A stretch of 64,000 nucleotides of DNA, taken from Syntrophomonadaceae bacterium (GTDB lineage Bacteria > Bacillota > Dethiobacteria > DTU022). This document shows positions 26,954-36,284 of this stretch, piece after piece (position 1 is the first letter of the stretch; every line of letters starts with the position of its first letter). The position numbers and the translations under genes are program-made. The stretch is from positions 21,700 to 85,699 of the forward strand of contig SKMK01000034.1 in the NCBI GenBank assembly GCA_007121075.1, given 5' to 3'. Below the pieces are notes generated by a model, which was given only the letters and a program-made list of their open reading frames with translations, searched no databases and had not been told where the DNA came from.

Positions 26954-27147
26954 CAGTTCTTTCTCCAGTGAAGCAACACCGATCGGGACCTCTATGCAAA
27001 AGTCCGGGGACCGGATTGATTTTGTCCGTCAATTGGACCGGTACGGGCGGAACGTAAACAATACCGGCCGACCGGTCAGTCAGTCAAAGCTATTATAGCA
27101 CAAAAAGGTTAACCTGACCGTTAAAAATCAAGGTTTATATTTTCAGA

Positions 27148-28563
27148 TTAAGGCTGCAACAGCCGGGCGGCGGTTTGGGTAAGCAGGTCCCAGGCTTCGC
27201 GGACATGCCTTTCTTCCGTTGCCCTCTGGCCGATGGCCATCCGGATCGCATAACGGCCCTTGAGCGAAGTATGGGTCATGAAAACCCGGCCGGATCGGTT
27301 TACTTTTTCCAGCAGTTCGGCGTTCAGGCGGGCCAGCTTTTCCTCATCGGCCCCTTCTATTTTCAGGCGAAAGCAAACCAGGCTGAACTGAACGGGCGCC
27401 ATCACCTCAAAGCGGCTGTCTTCTTCCACCCACTGCCGGAAGAGGCTGGCCAGGCGAATGTGTTCGCGGATCATGTCTCGCAGGCCTTCCACCCCGTAGG
27501 AGCGGATCACAAACCACAGCTTTAGAGCCCGAAACCGCCGTCCCAGCTGGATTCCCCAGTCCCGGAAATTTTTCACCTGCGCATCAAGGCCGGTTTTTAA
27601 GTACTCGGGGTGGATCTCAAAGGTGCGGATCAGGGCCTCTTCATCTTTAACAAAATAAGCGGAGCAGTCAAAGTTGGTCAGCATCCACTTGTGGGGATTG
27701 ACCACAAAAGAATCAAAGTATTCGGCCCCGGTGAGCAGATCTTTTTTCTCATCAAGCAGGGCTGCCGTGCCTCCGAATGCGGCATCGACGTGGAACCAGA
27801 GTCCGTAGCGGCTGCAAATTGCCCCGATTTCGGGCAGGGGATCCACCGCAGTGGAAGAGGTGGTGCCGAGGGTACCGATTACACAGGCCGGCTCAAGCCC
27901 TTCTGCCCGGTCATTTTCAATCGCTTTCTCCAGTTCTTCCGGGATCATGGCAAAATCATCATCGGTGGGAATATGGCGCAGGGATTCGATGCCGTAACCG
28001 GCAATTTTTACCGCCTTGTCGATGCTGGAGTGGCCCTCTTCAGAAGTGTAGACACAGAGCGGGCGGTCAAGACCGGTCAGGTTGGCTTCGAAACCGGTCG
28101 CTTTCTCCCTGGCGCTGAGCAGTGCACAGAGGGTGGCCGTGGAAGCAGTATCCTGGATTACCCCGCTCGTTCCTTCTGGCAGGCCGAGCATGCGGCCGAG
28201 CCACCGCATGACCACTTCTTCGAGTTCGGTCGCCGCGGGAGAAGTCTGCCAGATCATGCACTGCGCCCCCAGGCCGGCGGTTAAAAGTTCGGCCAGGACC
28301 GATTCGGGGCTGTTATTGGCCGGAAAATAAGCAAACCAGCCCGGGTGCTGCCAGTGGGTAATGCCGGGCATGATAACTTCCCGGAAGTCTTCAAAAATTG
28401 TTTCCATCGGCTCGCCGGCAAGGGGCGGCCGGTCCGGCAGGGCTGCTTTTATTTCACCGGGCCTGACGGGAGAGCGAACCGGGTATTGTTCCACTTCTTC
28501 AAAATAGTCCGCCACCCAGTCAATAAATTCGTGTCCGTAGTATCGGAAAGTCTCTTTATCCAT
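27148..28563 (-). CDS. Group II PLP-dependent (aromatic-L-amino-acid/tyrosine-type) decarboxylase
   Basis: 471 aa. PLP-lysine motif NPHKWMLTNFDCS, and HWQHPGWFAYFPANNS near the N-terminus. The ATG overlaps the upstream stop (TAATG). Confidence 0.88.
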   Translation of the reverse strand: MDKETFRYYGHEFIDWVADYFEEVEQYPVRSPVRPGEIKAALPDRPPLAGEPMETIFEDFREVIMPGITHWQHPGWFAYFPANNSPESVLAELLTAGLGAQCMIWQTSPAATELEEVVMRWLGRMLGLPEGTSGVIQDTASTATLCALLSAREKATGFEANLTGLDRPLCVYTSEEGHSSIDKAVKIAGYGIESLRHIPTDDDFAMIPEELEKAIENDRAEGLEPACVIGTLGTTSSTAVDPLPEIGAICSRYGLWFHVDAAFGGTAALLDEKKDLLTGAEYFDSFVVNPHKWMLTNFDCSAYFVKDEEALIRTFEIHPEYLKTGLDAQVKNFRDWGIQLGRRFRALKLWFVIRSYGVEGLRDMIREHIRLASLFRQWVEEDSRFEVMAPVQFSLVCFRLKIEGADEEKLARLNAELLEKVNRSGRVFMTHTSLKGRYAIRMAIGQRATEERHVREAWDLLTQTAARLLQP

Positions 28564-29399
28564 TAGTGATCATCCCTCCTTGCAAGGTTATACACAGCTG
28601 TTCCCAGGTAAGCAAAACAGGCGGGGTAAAACATAACCAGGGCCCCAGAACCGTTAAGAAAAAGTTCGCTGACGATAAAAATAGCTACCACAACCCTGGC
28701 CAGAAAAATGCGGCGGTTGTCGAGCGGCCCGGTCCCGGTATCGTCAAAAGCCCGGGTTTTACCTGGACGCAAAGCCAGGATGGCAGTTGAGATGACAACC
28801 GCCAGGGCGGCTGGGCCGGTGTAAACATTGAAACCGGCAGCATAATCATGTTCGGGATAAAAAAAGAGGAGCATTAGTGCAAACAGGACCAGGGCAAGAA
28901 GGGCCGCTGCTGTCTGGTTTTTTCCGGTAGAGGCCGTTGCAGCATCGATCCCAAAGGCGGCGGCCAGGACCGGCAGCCCGGTTAAGACTCCGTTGTTGAA
29001 CAGGACCGTCCCCAGCACCAGGAGTATGGCCAGATCAAGTGGTGTAGCCCTGCGGCCGGTGGACCCGTTTATAAGTCTGCCGAGGAGCAGGACAAAAACC
29101 AGGGAAATCAGGGCCGGGGGTCCTAAAATAAAGGCGGCAACCATGGTCAAAGGCAAACCCGCGAAAGCAGACCACTCGCGAATGGGATCCAGTTCCCGGC
29201 TGATGGCCCAGCAAAGGAAAAAAGCAAAAGCAGATACCGCGGCAGCACCTATGGCTTCCAGGAAAGGATCGGCCAGAGCCAGGCGGTAAAGCAAGATGCC
29301 CGCCAGGACGGTCAGGGACAAAAGCACCACAAGGCGGTTGGTACTATAGCTAAAAACAACCGGCCGGCCGAGCGCTGTCAGTTTGCTTATGATAACCAC
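28563..29399 (-). CDS. Polytopic membrane protein of unknown function (about 8 TM helices)
   Basis: 278 aa, very hydrophobic, GTG start. Translationally coupled to the decarboxylase gene. No family recognised. Confidence 0.6.
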   Translation of the reverse strand: MVIISKLTALGRPVVFSYSTNRLVVLLSLTVLAGILLYRLALADPFLEAIGAAAVSAFAFFLCWAISRELDPIREWSAFAGLPLTMVAAFILGPPALISLVFVLLLGRLINGSTGRRATPLDLAILLVLGTVLFNNGVLTGLPVLAAAFGIDAATASTGKNQTAAALLALVLFALMLLFFYPEHDYAAGFNVYTGPAALAVVISTAILALRPGKTRAFDDTGTGPLDNRRIFLARVVVAIFIVSELFLNGSGALVMFYPACFAYLGTAVYNLARRDDH

Positions 29400-29469
29400 C
29401 CCTCTTCAGGTTAATGCAAAACCCTGGTGTTCACCTGGATCAGCATCCCGGCTGCTTCAATCCTGAGGC

Positions 29470-31107
29470 TCAAGTCTGAGGCTCCCTGCGGTAAACAATT
29501 TTCCCGCCGACAACACTCAAATCCACCTTCAGATCTGCAATTCGGGGCGGGTCAATGGCGGTTATGTCATCCGACAGGGCCACAAGGTCGGCCAGTTTCC
29601 CCTCGGCAATGCTGCCTTTTTCGTTTTCTTCAAAAGTACAGTAAGCTGAGCCCATGGTGTAAATATATAGGGCTTCCCCCAGTTCCAGGCACTGGGCGGG
29701 ATTCCATCCGCCGGGAGGATTGCCATTCCGATCCTGCCTGGTTACGGCGGCATGGATCCCTTCAAGGGGCTCATAATTTTCCACCGGGCAGTCGGAGCCG
29801 CCGGCCAGCCTGATGCCCCGATCAATGAAGTCTCTCCAGCGGTAGGTCCAGGCGGCCCTTTTGGGGCCCAGGTGCCGGTCCACCAGGATATAATCGGAGG
29901 GAATAAAGGAAGGCTGAATATCGGCAATCACTTCCTGGTTTTCAAACCGGTCCAGGATCCTGGGACCGGCCATGGAGGCATGAATAACCCGGTAGCGCGG
30001 ATCCGTCCGGGGGTGGCGCCTGGCCGTTTCCTGGTAAACCTCGAGGACCATTTTGACCGCCGCATCGCCGATAGCATGCACAGCACATTGCATATCATGC
30101 TCAGCGGCCAGGCCGACCAGCTCTTCCACTTCCCCGCGGGCCAGGACCGATACCCCGTATGTGTCCGGGCTGTCCTCGTAAGGAGCGGAAACCAGGGCCG
30201 TGCGGCCCCCGATAGAACCGTCCGTCAATAGTTTAAGCGGGCCAATTTTGAAATAATCACCACCCTGGCCGGTCCGGTGCCCCCGGCCGAGAAAAGACCG
30301 CAGCTGCTCCGGTTCCGGGAGAAAGGCCTGCAGGTTTACCCGCAGGGGCAGTTCTCCGGCCGCTTCCAGCTCCCGGTAGGCATCGATCAGGACCGGGGCA
30401 AGTTCCCCTCCCACGCTGGCCAGATCGTCGGTCTGCACCGAGGTCAGCCCGGCCGCCAGAAAGGCGGCTGAAGCCGATTTGATCAGGCTTTTCAGCTTTT
30501 CCTTGTCCAGGGGCGGCTGCAAACCGGTCACCAGGCTCATCGCATTCTCTTCCAGCACCCCGGTAGGCACTCCGCGGGCATCGACTGCGATATTGCCTCC
30601 CTCCATCGGCACCGCCGCCCGATCGATACCGGCTTTTTTCAAGGCCTCTGTATTGGCGGAAAGGACATGAAGGCAGGTGCGAATTATCGCTACCGGGTGG
30701 TCGGGTGCGGCCTGATCCAGATCTTCGCGGGTGGGGAGGCGCGGATCGGAAAAGAGGCCCTGATCCCAGCCCCAGCCGAAGACCCACTGCCCCGCTTCCA
30801 CACGGTTTTCCCTGACAAAATTACGGACGGCTTCCACTATTTCGTCTACCCCGCTACAGTGGCGCAGGTCGACCTTTTCCGCAGTCAGGGCATAGCCGAT
30901 CAGGTGCATGTGGCTGTCGTTAAAGCCCGGCAGAAGGGCCCTGCCCTTTAAATCGACCATGGTGGTCCGATTCTCCTGCAGGTTTATAAGATCATTGGTC
31001 CTCCCCACGGCGGTGATCCGGTCGCCGGTTACCGCCACGGCTTCCGCTTCGGCCGGTTTTTCCTCCATGGTTATTATCCGCCCGTTATAAAAGATCAAAT
31101 CACTCAA
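29470..31107 (-). CDS. Amidohydrolase family protein (YtcJ-like, amidohydrolase_3)
   Basis: 545 aa, TTG start 6 nt after GGGGGAGGG. Metal-ligand contexts GFNDSHMHL, VHAIGDAA, GSDCPVE. Confidence 0.85.
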   Translation of the reverse strand: MSDLIFYNGRIITMEEKPAEAEAVAVTGDRITAVGRTNDLINLQENRTTMVDLKGRALLPGFNDSHMHLIGYALTAEKVDLRHCSGVDEIVEAVRNFVRENRVEAGQWVFGWGWDQGLFSDPRLPTREDLDQAAPDHPVAIIRTCLHVLSANTEALKKAGIDRAAVPMEGGNIAVDARGVPTGVLEENAMSLVTGLQPPLDKEKLKSLIKSASAAFLAAGLTSVQTDDLASVGGELAPVLIDAYRELEAAGELPLRVNLQAFLPEPEQLRSFLGRGHRTGQGGDYFKIGPLKLLTDGSIGGRTALVSAPYEDSPDTYGVSVLARGEVEELVGLAAEHDMQCAVHAIGDAAVKMVLEVYQETARRHPRTDPRYRVIHASMAGPRILDRFENQEVIADIQPSFIPSDYILVDRHLGPKRAAWTYRWRDFIDRGIRLAGGSDCPVENYEPLEGIHAAVTRQDRNGNPPGGWNPAQCLELGEALYIYTMGSAYCTFEENEKGSIAEGKLADLVALSDDITAIDPPRIADLKVDLSVVGGKIVYRREPQT

Positions 31108-31134
31108 AACGGTCCCTCCCCCGGTTTTGTATTA

Positions 31135-32406
31135 TCACAGCTCAAAAAGTTCGCTGTGGATATTTAGCGGTGAAACATCCAGATGCTTGAGTTCGTTTAT
31201 CACGGCCCTGCTCATAGCCGGGGGACCGCAGATATAAAATTCTTTGTTATCCGTGGTTTCAATATAATTCAGGATCAAAGGCGCTTTGAGATGGCCCTTT
31301 TCCCCCTGCCAGTCCGGTTGGTTGGACATGACCGGGATTACTTGCAGGCCGGGCATCTTTTCCTCCATCTCGGCCAGCTCATCCCCGAAGCAGAGGTTTT
31401 TCTCGCTGCGGTTGGCCCAGAATATGGTCACCTTTTTGTCCAGATTTTGATCGGACATGTAGCGGAGCATACTCATAAACGGCGTGATACCAATACCGCC
31501 GGCAATGAAAACCGGTTCGCCCCGACCGTAATTGAGAAAGCTGAACACCCCGTAAGGGGCATCAATAAGAGCTTGGTCTCCAACCTTTGTATCTTTTATG
31601 GTTTTTGTAAAATCGCCTAGCTCCTTGGGGGTTATGGACAGGTATTCGGCAGTGGGGCTGGCTGATATGGTAAACGGGTGGGATGATGAGAGTTCACCGT
31701 TTCTTAACAGCTGGACAAACATAAACTGTCCCGGTTTAAAATCAAGGTAGGGCCCTTTAAAAAACAGGCTCCAGATATCTTCCGCTTCCTGCCTGACTTC
31801 AACTACCTCGTAAGGATTGCGGCGAATGGAAAAGATTCTTATGGCCCGGTAAACAACTACGACCAGGAATAAGGCCGATAAAAGCAGTAAATAATAGTAA
31901 AGCAGTGACCCGGACGGGGCGTTATAGAAAGAGTGAACCATGGCTAGGGGGAATAAGAGGTAATTGGCCAGGTGAATATTGCGCCAGGTTTCATAGGCCA
32001 GGCCGATTTTTTTATAGGTGGAAGCCACCCCGGCCGTTATTATAAATCCCAGCAGGGCGACAATACCGACCAGTAGGATCAGCTCAAATAATATTTCACC
32101 GTACTGTTCAAGGCGGAAAATAATGATCAGCACCACGTGCAGTAGGACCAGCATCAGGCCGGTACGACCGAATACACGGTGCCAGCGGAACATCCTGTCA
32201 AGTCCAAAACCGTCCTCCAGCATTTTGATCCTGGATACCAGCACAAACTGGAGCAGTATAAAGGTCAGACCCAGCAGGGCAAAAAGCAGGCTGATATAAC
32301 GGAGATAAAAATCACCAAAAAGTCCCCAATCAACCCTTAATAACCAGGCCAAAACGGCGAAAAGAATGAGAAAGGCAGTAATCAAAGACAGGCGTTGTGA
32401 TTTCAT
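31135..32406 (-). CDS. NOX/FRE-like ferric-reductase transmembrane domain fused to an FAD/NAD(P)H-binding dehydrogenase domain
   Basis: 423 aa, ATG 7 nt after GGGGAGG. Bis-heme His pairs: H-x13-H (WHRVFGRTGLMLVLLH) and H-x12-H (HLANYLLFPLAMVH). FAD motif HPFTISASP, NAD(P)H motif GGIGITPF, terminal CGPPAM. Confidence 0.85.
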   Translation of the reverse strand: MKSQRLSLITAFLILFAVLAWLLRVDWGLFGDFYLRYISLLFALLGLTFILLQFVLVSRIKMLEDGFGLDRMFRWHRVFGRTGLMLVLLHVVLIIIFRLEQYGEILFELILLVGIVALLGFIITAGVASTYKKIGLAYETWRNIHLANYLLFPLAMVHSFYNAPSGSLLYYYLLLLSALFLVVVVYRAIRIFSIRRNPYEVVEVRQEAEDIWSLFFKGPYLDFKPGQFMFVQLLRNGELSSSHPFTISASPTAEYLSITPKELGDFTKTIKDTKVGDQALIDAPYGVFSFLNYGRGEPVFIAGGIGITPFMSMLRYMSDQNLDKKVTIFWANRSEKNLCFGDELAEMEEKMPGLQVIPVMSNQPDWQGEKGHLKAPLILNYIETTDNKEFYICGPPAMSRAVINELKHLDVSPLNIHSELFEL

Positions 32407-32721
32407 TTTGCAACCTCCCCGGGGAATGCCCCATAAAACTTAGAAGCCTTTAATCTTATTTTATAAAAAAGTGACAATAATTACAAACAAAGCAGAACGG
32501 GTGAGCCTGAACAAGGCCGGTAGGGCCAGAGCCATTAAAAAAAACTGATCAATCTTGATTTTCTCACTTTTTTCATTTATAGTATAATTAAGGAAGCTTA
32601 AAATAACAACAAGCTTAGTGTTTTATGGAATATTGCGTTTTCTCAGGCGTCAAGAATAAACAGCAAAGGGAGAAAAATCCTGCTGAGCCCCCACAAGGCC
32701 ATACCTAACAGAACCCTGTTA

Positions 32722-33384
32722 ATGATCATCCTGCTGGTTGGATGGATCATTTTAGTAATGTACCCCAACCCCTTTTACCTGGCATCCAGCATTTACCGCT
32801 TAAAAAACCCACCGGTAATGCCGGGCATGGTGAGCGAATATGCCCGGGATCTGAAGAACAAGACGCCCATGGAAATAGAACAGTTTGTATATACCAGAAT
32901 ACCCTACAGTTATGACTGGGAAGTTTACAGCATGCCCTGGTACTTTCCCACCCTTAATGAAGCACTATCCAGGGACAGCGGCGACTGCAAGGCGCGCTAT
33001 CTGTTGTTTGCTTCCCTGATGGAGGAACTGGACATTCCCTACCGGAAAAACTTTTCTTTAACCCACATCTGGGCCGAATATGAAGGCAAGCCGCAAACCG
33101 CCCTGGAAAATACAGATGAATCGATGCTGACAATCGATGAAGAAGGCAGCCTTAGCTTCAGCCTGCCCCGCCCGGAACTGTCCAGGGTCCGGCGCAGCTT
33201 TGTCCAGGCTTTCTGGGAAGTAATGCCCGTGGGAAGGAAGTATCTCCTGTTTACCGGGTTTCCTTTAATTGTCGGCTTTTCTTACCTGCCTCTCCCGAAA
33301 TCAAACCGGCTTTTACCATCAGTCAGCTTCCTTTTGCCCGCAAAGAAAAAAGAGTTGTCTCGATTCGCTCAACCAGAAAGATAA
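32722..33384 (+). CDS. Transglutaminase-like (papain-fold Cys/His) membrane-anchored protein
   Basis: Core DSGDCKARYLLFASLMEELDIPYR ... LTHIWAEY gives the catalytic Cys and His contexts. ATG 32722 has no SD. An in-frame CTG at 32680 sits 7 nt after GGGAG (32668-32672), so the true start is uncertain. Confidence 0.65.
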   Translation: MIILLVGWIILVMYPNPFYLASSIYRLKNPPVMPGMVSEYARDLKNKTPMEIEQFVYTRIPYSYDWEVYSMPWYFPTLNEALSRDSGDCKARYLLFASLMEELDIPYRKNFSLTHIWAEYEGKPQTALENTDESMLTIDEEGSLSFSLPRPELSRVRRSFVQAFWEVMPVGRKYLLFTGFPLIVGFSYLPLPKSNRLLPSVSFLLPAKKKELSRFAQPER

Positions 33385-33422
33385 ATTACTCCCTTTCATA
33401 ATGTTTCATTTTGTTGAGCCTC

Positions 33423-35588
33423 TTACCCTTCCTGTTTTTCTTGTTCTGCCTGCTTGATGGAAAGCGATATCCGACCGCGCTCGCGGTCGATGGAAAGGAT
33501 CTTTACCGGCACCGCCGCTTCAATCTGCAGCACTTCCAGGGGATGGCTGATGTAGCGGTCGGCGATCTCCGATATATGGACCAGGCCGTCCTGGTGGACG
33601 CCGATATCAACAAAAGCCCCGAAGTCGACAATATTGCGGACGATGCCCATCAGGTTCATACCCGGTTCAAGGTCGTCCAGTTCTGTTACCGCTTTTAAAA
33701 AGACCGGCCGGGGCAAATCTTCGCGGGGGTCCCGGCCGGGTTTACGGAACTCTTCCAGGATGTCTTTAACCGTCGGTTCACCGGCCTCAAGCTGCAGGGC
33801 CAGGTTGGCCACCTCTTCTTCAGAAAGCTCCGGCACTGCGCCGGTTTGACCCAGGGTTTCGGGGCTGATTCCCAGGCCAGCCATGATCTTTCCGGCCAGT
33901 CCGTACGATTCGGGGTGCACCGCGCTCCTTTCCAGGTAATTGTTGCTGTCGGGCAGGCGCAGGAACCCGGCACACTGTATAAATACCTTTGGCCCAAGGC
34001 CGGATACTTCCATGAGTTGATCCCGGCTTTCAAAAGTGCCGATTTCATTTCTTTTGGCAACAATCTTTTCCGCCACAGAGGAATTGATGCCGGCCACATA
34101 AGCGAGCAAGGCTGCCGAAGCGCTGTTTAAATCAACACCCACGCTGTTAACACAGCTTTCAACCGTCCCGGCCAGGGCGGAATCCAGTTCCCTGGCCGGC
34201 ATATCATGCTGGTACTGGCCGATTCCGATTGCTTTGGGATCAATTTTGACCAGTTCGGCAAGCGGATCCTGGAGGCGACGGGCGATGGACACGGCGCTCC
34301 TTTCAGCCACGTCAAGATGGGGAAACTCTTTTTTTGCCGCGGGGGAAGCTGAGTAAACACTGGCTCCGGCTTCATTGACAATAGTGTATTCCACGGCCAG
34401 GTCCTGTGCTCCGATCAGCTCTGAAACAAAAGCTTCGCTTTCCCTGGAAGCAGTTCCGTTGCCGATAGCGATACAGTCGATCCGGAATTTTTCCAGTAGT
34501 TGCAGCACTTTTTTAGCGGCTCCTTCTTTATCGTTGCGGGGAGCGGTCGGAAAGATGGCCGCCGTTTCCAGAAGTTCGCCGGTTTCGGAAACGCAGGCTA
34601 GCTTGCAGCCGGTCCGGTAACCGGGATCCCAGCCCAGCACCCGGCGGTGCCGGACCGGGGGGACAAGGAGCCGTTTTTTCAAGTTTTCTTTAAAAACCAC
34701 CAGGGCTCCTTCGATTGCCTTTCCCAGGAGGTCGTGCCACATCTCCCTTTCGAGGGAATGGTGGATCAGGCGCCGGTAGCTGTCGGTGGAAGCACTTTCT
34801 ATTAATTCCCGGCAGGCCTGCCCCTGGCTCGGATCGATGTACCGATCCAGGATAATCGGATAGACTTCTTCCTCCGGTACAGTCACTTTTAAATCAAGAG
34901 CCTTCTCCCTGGCGCCCCGGTTAATGGCCAGGATCCGGTGCCCTTTAATTCTAGCCAGGGGTTCCCGGTAACCGTCATAGTCGTCATAGGTGCCGACTGT
35001 GACATTGTCTTTTTTGTTTACTTCGATAGCGGCTTTGCTCCTGTAGATCTTCCTCAGGGCTTTGCGCACTGCGGCATCATCAGAAATAATTTCTGCGATT
35101 ATATCAGCAGCTCCCTGCAGAACGGCCGCGCTGTCGAACAGGTTTTTTTCGGGATCGAGGTATTTTTGTGCTTCTTCTTCCGGTTCGGGCCACCCCTCCA
35201 GGATGGCCAAAGTCAGAGGTTCAAGCCCTTTTTCGCGGGCAGCTGAGGCCCGGGTCCTTTTCTTGGGCCGGTAAGGGCGGTAGAGGTCATCCAGTTCCGT
35301 AACCGTGGCCGCTTTTTTGATCTGCCCCTGAAGATCTTCAGTGAGCGCCCCCTGAGCTTCGATCAAGCGCAGCACTTCTTCGCGCCGCTGTTCAAGGTTG
35401 CGGTAGCCGGTCAATTTATCCCCTAGCAGGCGGACCTGCTCATCGGTCAGCCCGCCGGTCATTTCCTTGCGGTAGCGGGCAATAAAAGGCACCGTGTTTC
35501 CTTCATCCAGGAGGTCCGCCGTCTGGACCACCTGCTTTTCGGATATGTTTAATTCCCTGCTTAAGCGTTTATAAATTTGTTCTTGCAT
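33423..35588 (-). CDS. tex: Tex-like RNA-binding transcription accessory protein (YqgF/HhH/S1 domains)
   Basis: 721 aa. The N-terminal LDEGNTVPFIARYRKEMTGGL is the Tex signature. The C-terminal S1 domain reads GIVRNIVDFGAFVDIGVHQDGLVHISE. Confidence 0.92.
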   Translation of the reverse strand: MQEQIYKRLSRELNISEKQVVQTADLLDEGNTVPFIARYRKEMTGGLTDEQVRLLGDKLTGYRNLEQRREEVLRLIEAQGALTEDLQGQIKKAATVTELDDLYRPYRPKKRTRASAAREKGLEPLTLAILEGWPEPEEEAQKYLDPEKNLFDSAAVLQGAADIIAEIISDDAAVRKALRKIYRSKAAIEVNKKDNVTVGTYDDYDGYREPLARIKGHRILAINRGAREKALDLKVTVPEEEVYPIILDRYIDPSQGQACRELIESASTDSYRRLIHHSLEREMWHDLLGKAIEGALVVFKENLKKRLLVPPVRHRRVLGWDPGYRTGCKLACVSETGELLETAAIFPTAPRNDKEGAAKKVLQLLEKFRIDCIAIGNGTASRESEAFVSELIGAQDLAVEYTIVNEAGASVYSASPAAKKEFPHLDVAERSAVSIARRLQDPLAELVKIDPKAIGIGQYQHDMPARELDSALAGTVESCVNSVGVDLNSASAALLAYVAGINSSVAEKIVAKRNEIGTFESRDQLMEVSGLGPKVFIQCAGFLRLPDSNNYLERSAVHPESYGLAGKIMAGLGISPETLGQTGAVPELSEEEVANLALQLEAGEPTVKDILEEFRKPGRDPREDLPRPVFLKAVTELDDLEPGMNLMGIVRNIVDFGAFVDIGVHQDGLVHISEIADRYISHPLEVLQIEAAVPVKILSIDRERGRISLSIKQAEQEKQEG

Positions 35589-35675
35589 GGTGGTGATTCT
35601 ACTCCCCGTTCTATAAATATACTAGTGAGTGAATGTAATATGTAAATAATCCGGGCTTGTCCAGGTGGCCAACCA

Positions 35676-36260
35676 TTAATCCTTTGGCTTTTGCAGGGGA
35701 ATTTTTTTCCGGCACAGCGGGCAATCTTCAGGGGCATAAGATTCGATCTCCATCGAAAGGAGGGTTTTAAGCGGCACCCCGAAATCAACCTGCCCGGAGG
35801 TGCGGTCGATCATGATCGAAACCCCGGCAATCTCGGCGCCGGTGCCGGCCAGCAGGTCCAGTACTTTTTGAACCGAGCCGCCGGTAGTTATCGCATCTTC
35901 GACAACAAGCACTTTCTCGCCCGCTTCTACCCGGAAGCCACGCCGCAGGGCCATTTTCCCCTCCCCTGTCCGTTCGGCAAATAAGGCCCTTGCTCCCAGG
36001 GCCCGGGCTGTTTCATAAGAAAGGATCACCCCGCCCATGGCGGGCCCAATCACAGTATCGATGTTTTCGTCCCTGAAAGGCTCGGCCATCAGGCGGCAGA
36101 CTTTTTCTGCGTGCTGCGGGTACTGCAGAAGCTGGGCACACTGCAAGAAACAGGTGCTGTGCCTGCCGGAGGTGAGCAGAAAATGCCCTTCCATGATCAC
36201 CCCGGTCTGCTTCAACAGCCCAACCAGGTCATCCTGATCCAGGTTAAAGTCTTTCTTCAT
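35676..36260 (-). CDS. pyrE: Orotate phosphoribosyltransferase
   Basis: 194 aa. PRPP-binding motif VLVVEDAITTGGS. Last gene of the pyr operon. Confidence 0.9.
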   Translation of the reverse strand: MKKDFNLDQDDLVGLLKQTGVIMEGHFLLTSGRHSTCFLQCAQLLQYPQHAEKVCRLMAEPFRDENIDTVIGPAMGGVILSYETARALGARALFAERTGEGKMALRRGFRVEAGEKVLVVEDAITTGGSVQKVLDLLAGTGAEIAGVSIMIDRTSGQVDFGVPLKTLLSMEIESYAPEDCPLCRKKIPLQKPKD

Positions 36261-36284
36261 AATTTTTTCTTCCTCCCTTAAAGG

